This document shows positions 63,117-64,000 of a stretch of 64,000 nt of DNA, piece after piece. The notes beneath the pieces were generated by a model. That model searched no databases. It saw only the letters and a program-made list of their open reading frames with translations, and was not told the origin of the DNA. Position 1 is the first letter of the stretch. Each line of letters opens with the position of its first letter. Source of the stretch: Lepidodermella squamata (Eukaryota > Animalia > Gastrotricha); assembly GCA_047495785.1 (NCBI GenBank), contig JBLDXI010000045.1, positions 124,001-188,000 on the forward strand, written 5' to 3'. Made by a program: the position numbers and the translations under genes.

Positions 63117-64000
63117 TCTCGCGGCAATAAAACTCAGTGCGTGTTTAGAAACGCTTAACATCATCCGCTCCTTCGTTTACTCAATGCCTCGATAATTTCC
63201 TGTTTCTCCACTCAACTTGGCGTAAAAATTGGCCTCATTTACTTTTGCATTTCCGACCCTTGCTTTCGCTTTTCTAATTTCACTGCACTCGTATTCCGAA
63301 TTGAAAAGAGTCGTGTAAATTTATCTTGCCAGGGCAATTTATTTTATGCATTATTTTCTCGTTAAGCTCGTCATCAAAATCTAGAAGAAGAAGAATATAG
63401 CACGCCGCATTTCAAATTCGGATCGTCAGCATCGGAAAAAACTTCAACAAAAGGCGGTCTGCTGTTATGCCAAACAGAAACAACGACCTTGAAGCGAAGC
63501 GACACACGCAGCAACAAGAAGAAAAAACCAGGCAGCCAGCGAAAATTCATAACAATAATTGACGGCAATAAAACGAATTTTGATTCTCCGTATAATTATA
63601 ATATTTTTCATTTATATAATAGATTTTCTTCAGCCGAACCACCCGATTCGCAAAAAATTAATCTGATCAATAATTAATTAAAGGAATAATTATCTGACCA
63701 TAATATATATATATAATCATTTAAGCGTATTACAATGAAACGACAACAAAGAAAAAAATTAGCAAATTTTTGTTTTTGATTCAATCGAATGATATTATCT
63801 TGCCACGATCCGCGCATTTTTTTTTACAGGTCGGAACAGAGTATAATAATATCGCACAAAAAAATGTACACAAATCGCAATTTTTTAAGGCGGCTGCTAT
63901 CCGGTATGAAAAAAGTTGCATATAATTTTGATATAATCTACAAGTAGCCAGCCAGTAGCCGAAAAAAACACGACGGAAAAAAATCGGAAGGGAAAATTGT

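Overview
Eukaryotic (animal-like) genomic DNA from a compact genome with short (about 50-60 nt) GT-AG introns; the organism cannot be named from sequence alone. 1-5.3 kb is apparently non-coding. 5.3-34 kb is a dense block of conserved genes: RAB3GAP2, a PLEKHJ1-like PH protein, a CH-like protein, presenilin, TMED10, TRNT1, CCDC97, CutC and CFAP61. Several same-strand neighbours are only about 80-360 bp apart with splice-acceptor-like sites before the ATG, which suggests operons or trans-splicing. One CFAP61 intron hosts, antisense, an intact but catalytically degenerate PIF/Harbinger transposase-like gene immediately followed by a Myb/SANT-like DNA-binding gene, a probable domesticated pair. 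34-46 kb holds a small 4-TM protein, a degenerate MFS-like region, MRPL49, a SPATA48-like gene and a small HSP. 46-63 kb is a tandem array of three intact copies plus one remnant of an unrecognised receptor-like gene (signal peptide, Ly6/uPAR three-finger domain, about 4 TM helices, beta-propeller-like domain), interleaved convergently with two very divergent Cys-loop ligand-gated ion channel genes. Many MITE/foldback elements are present, some nested. All gene models were spliced by eye and identities are from recognised motifs, not database searches.
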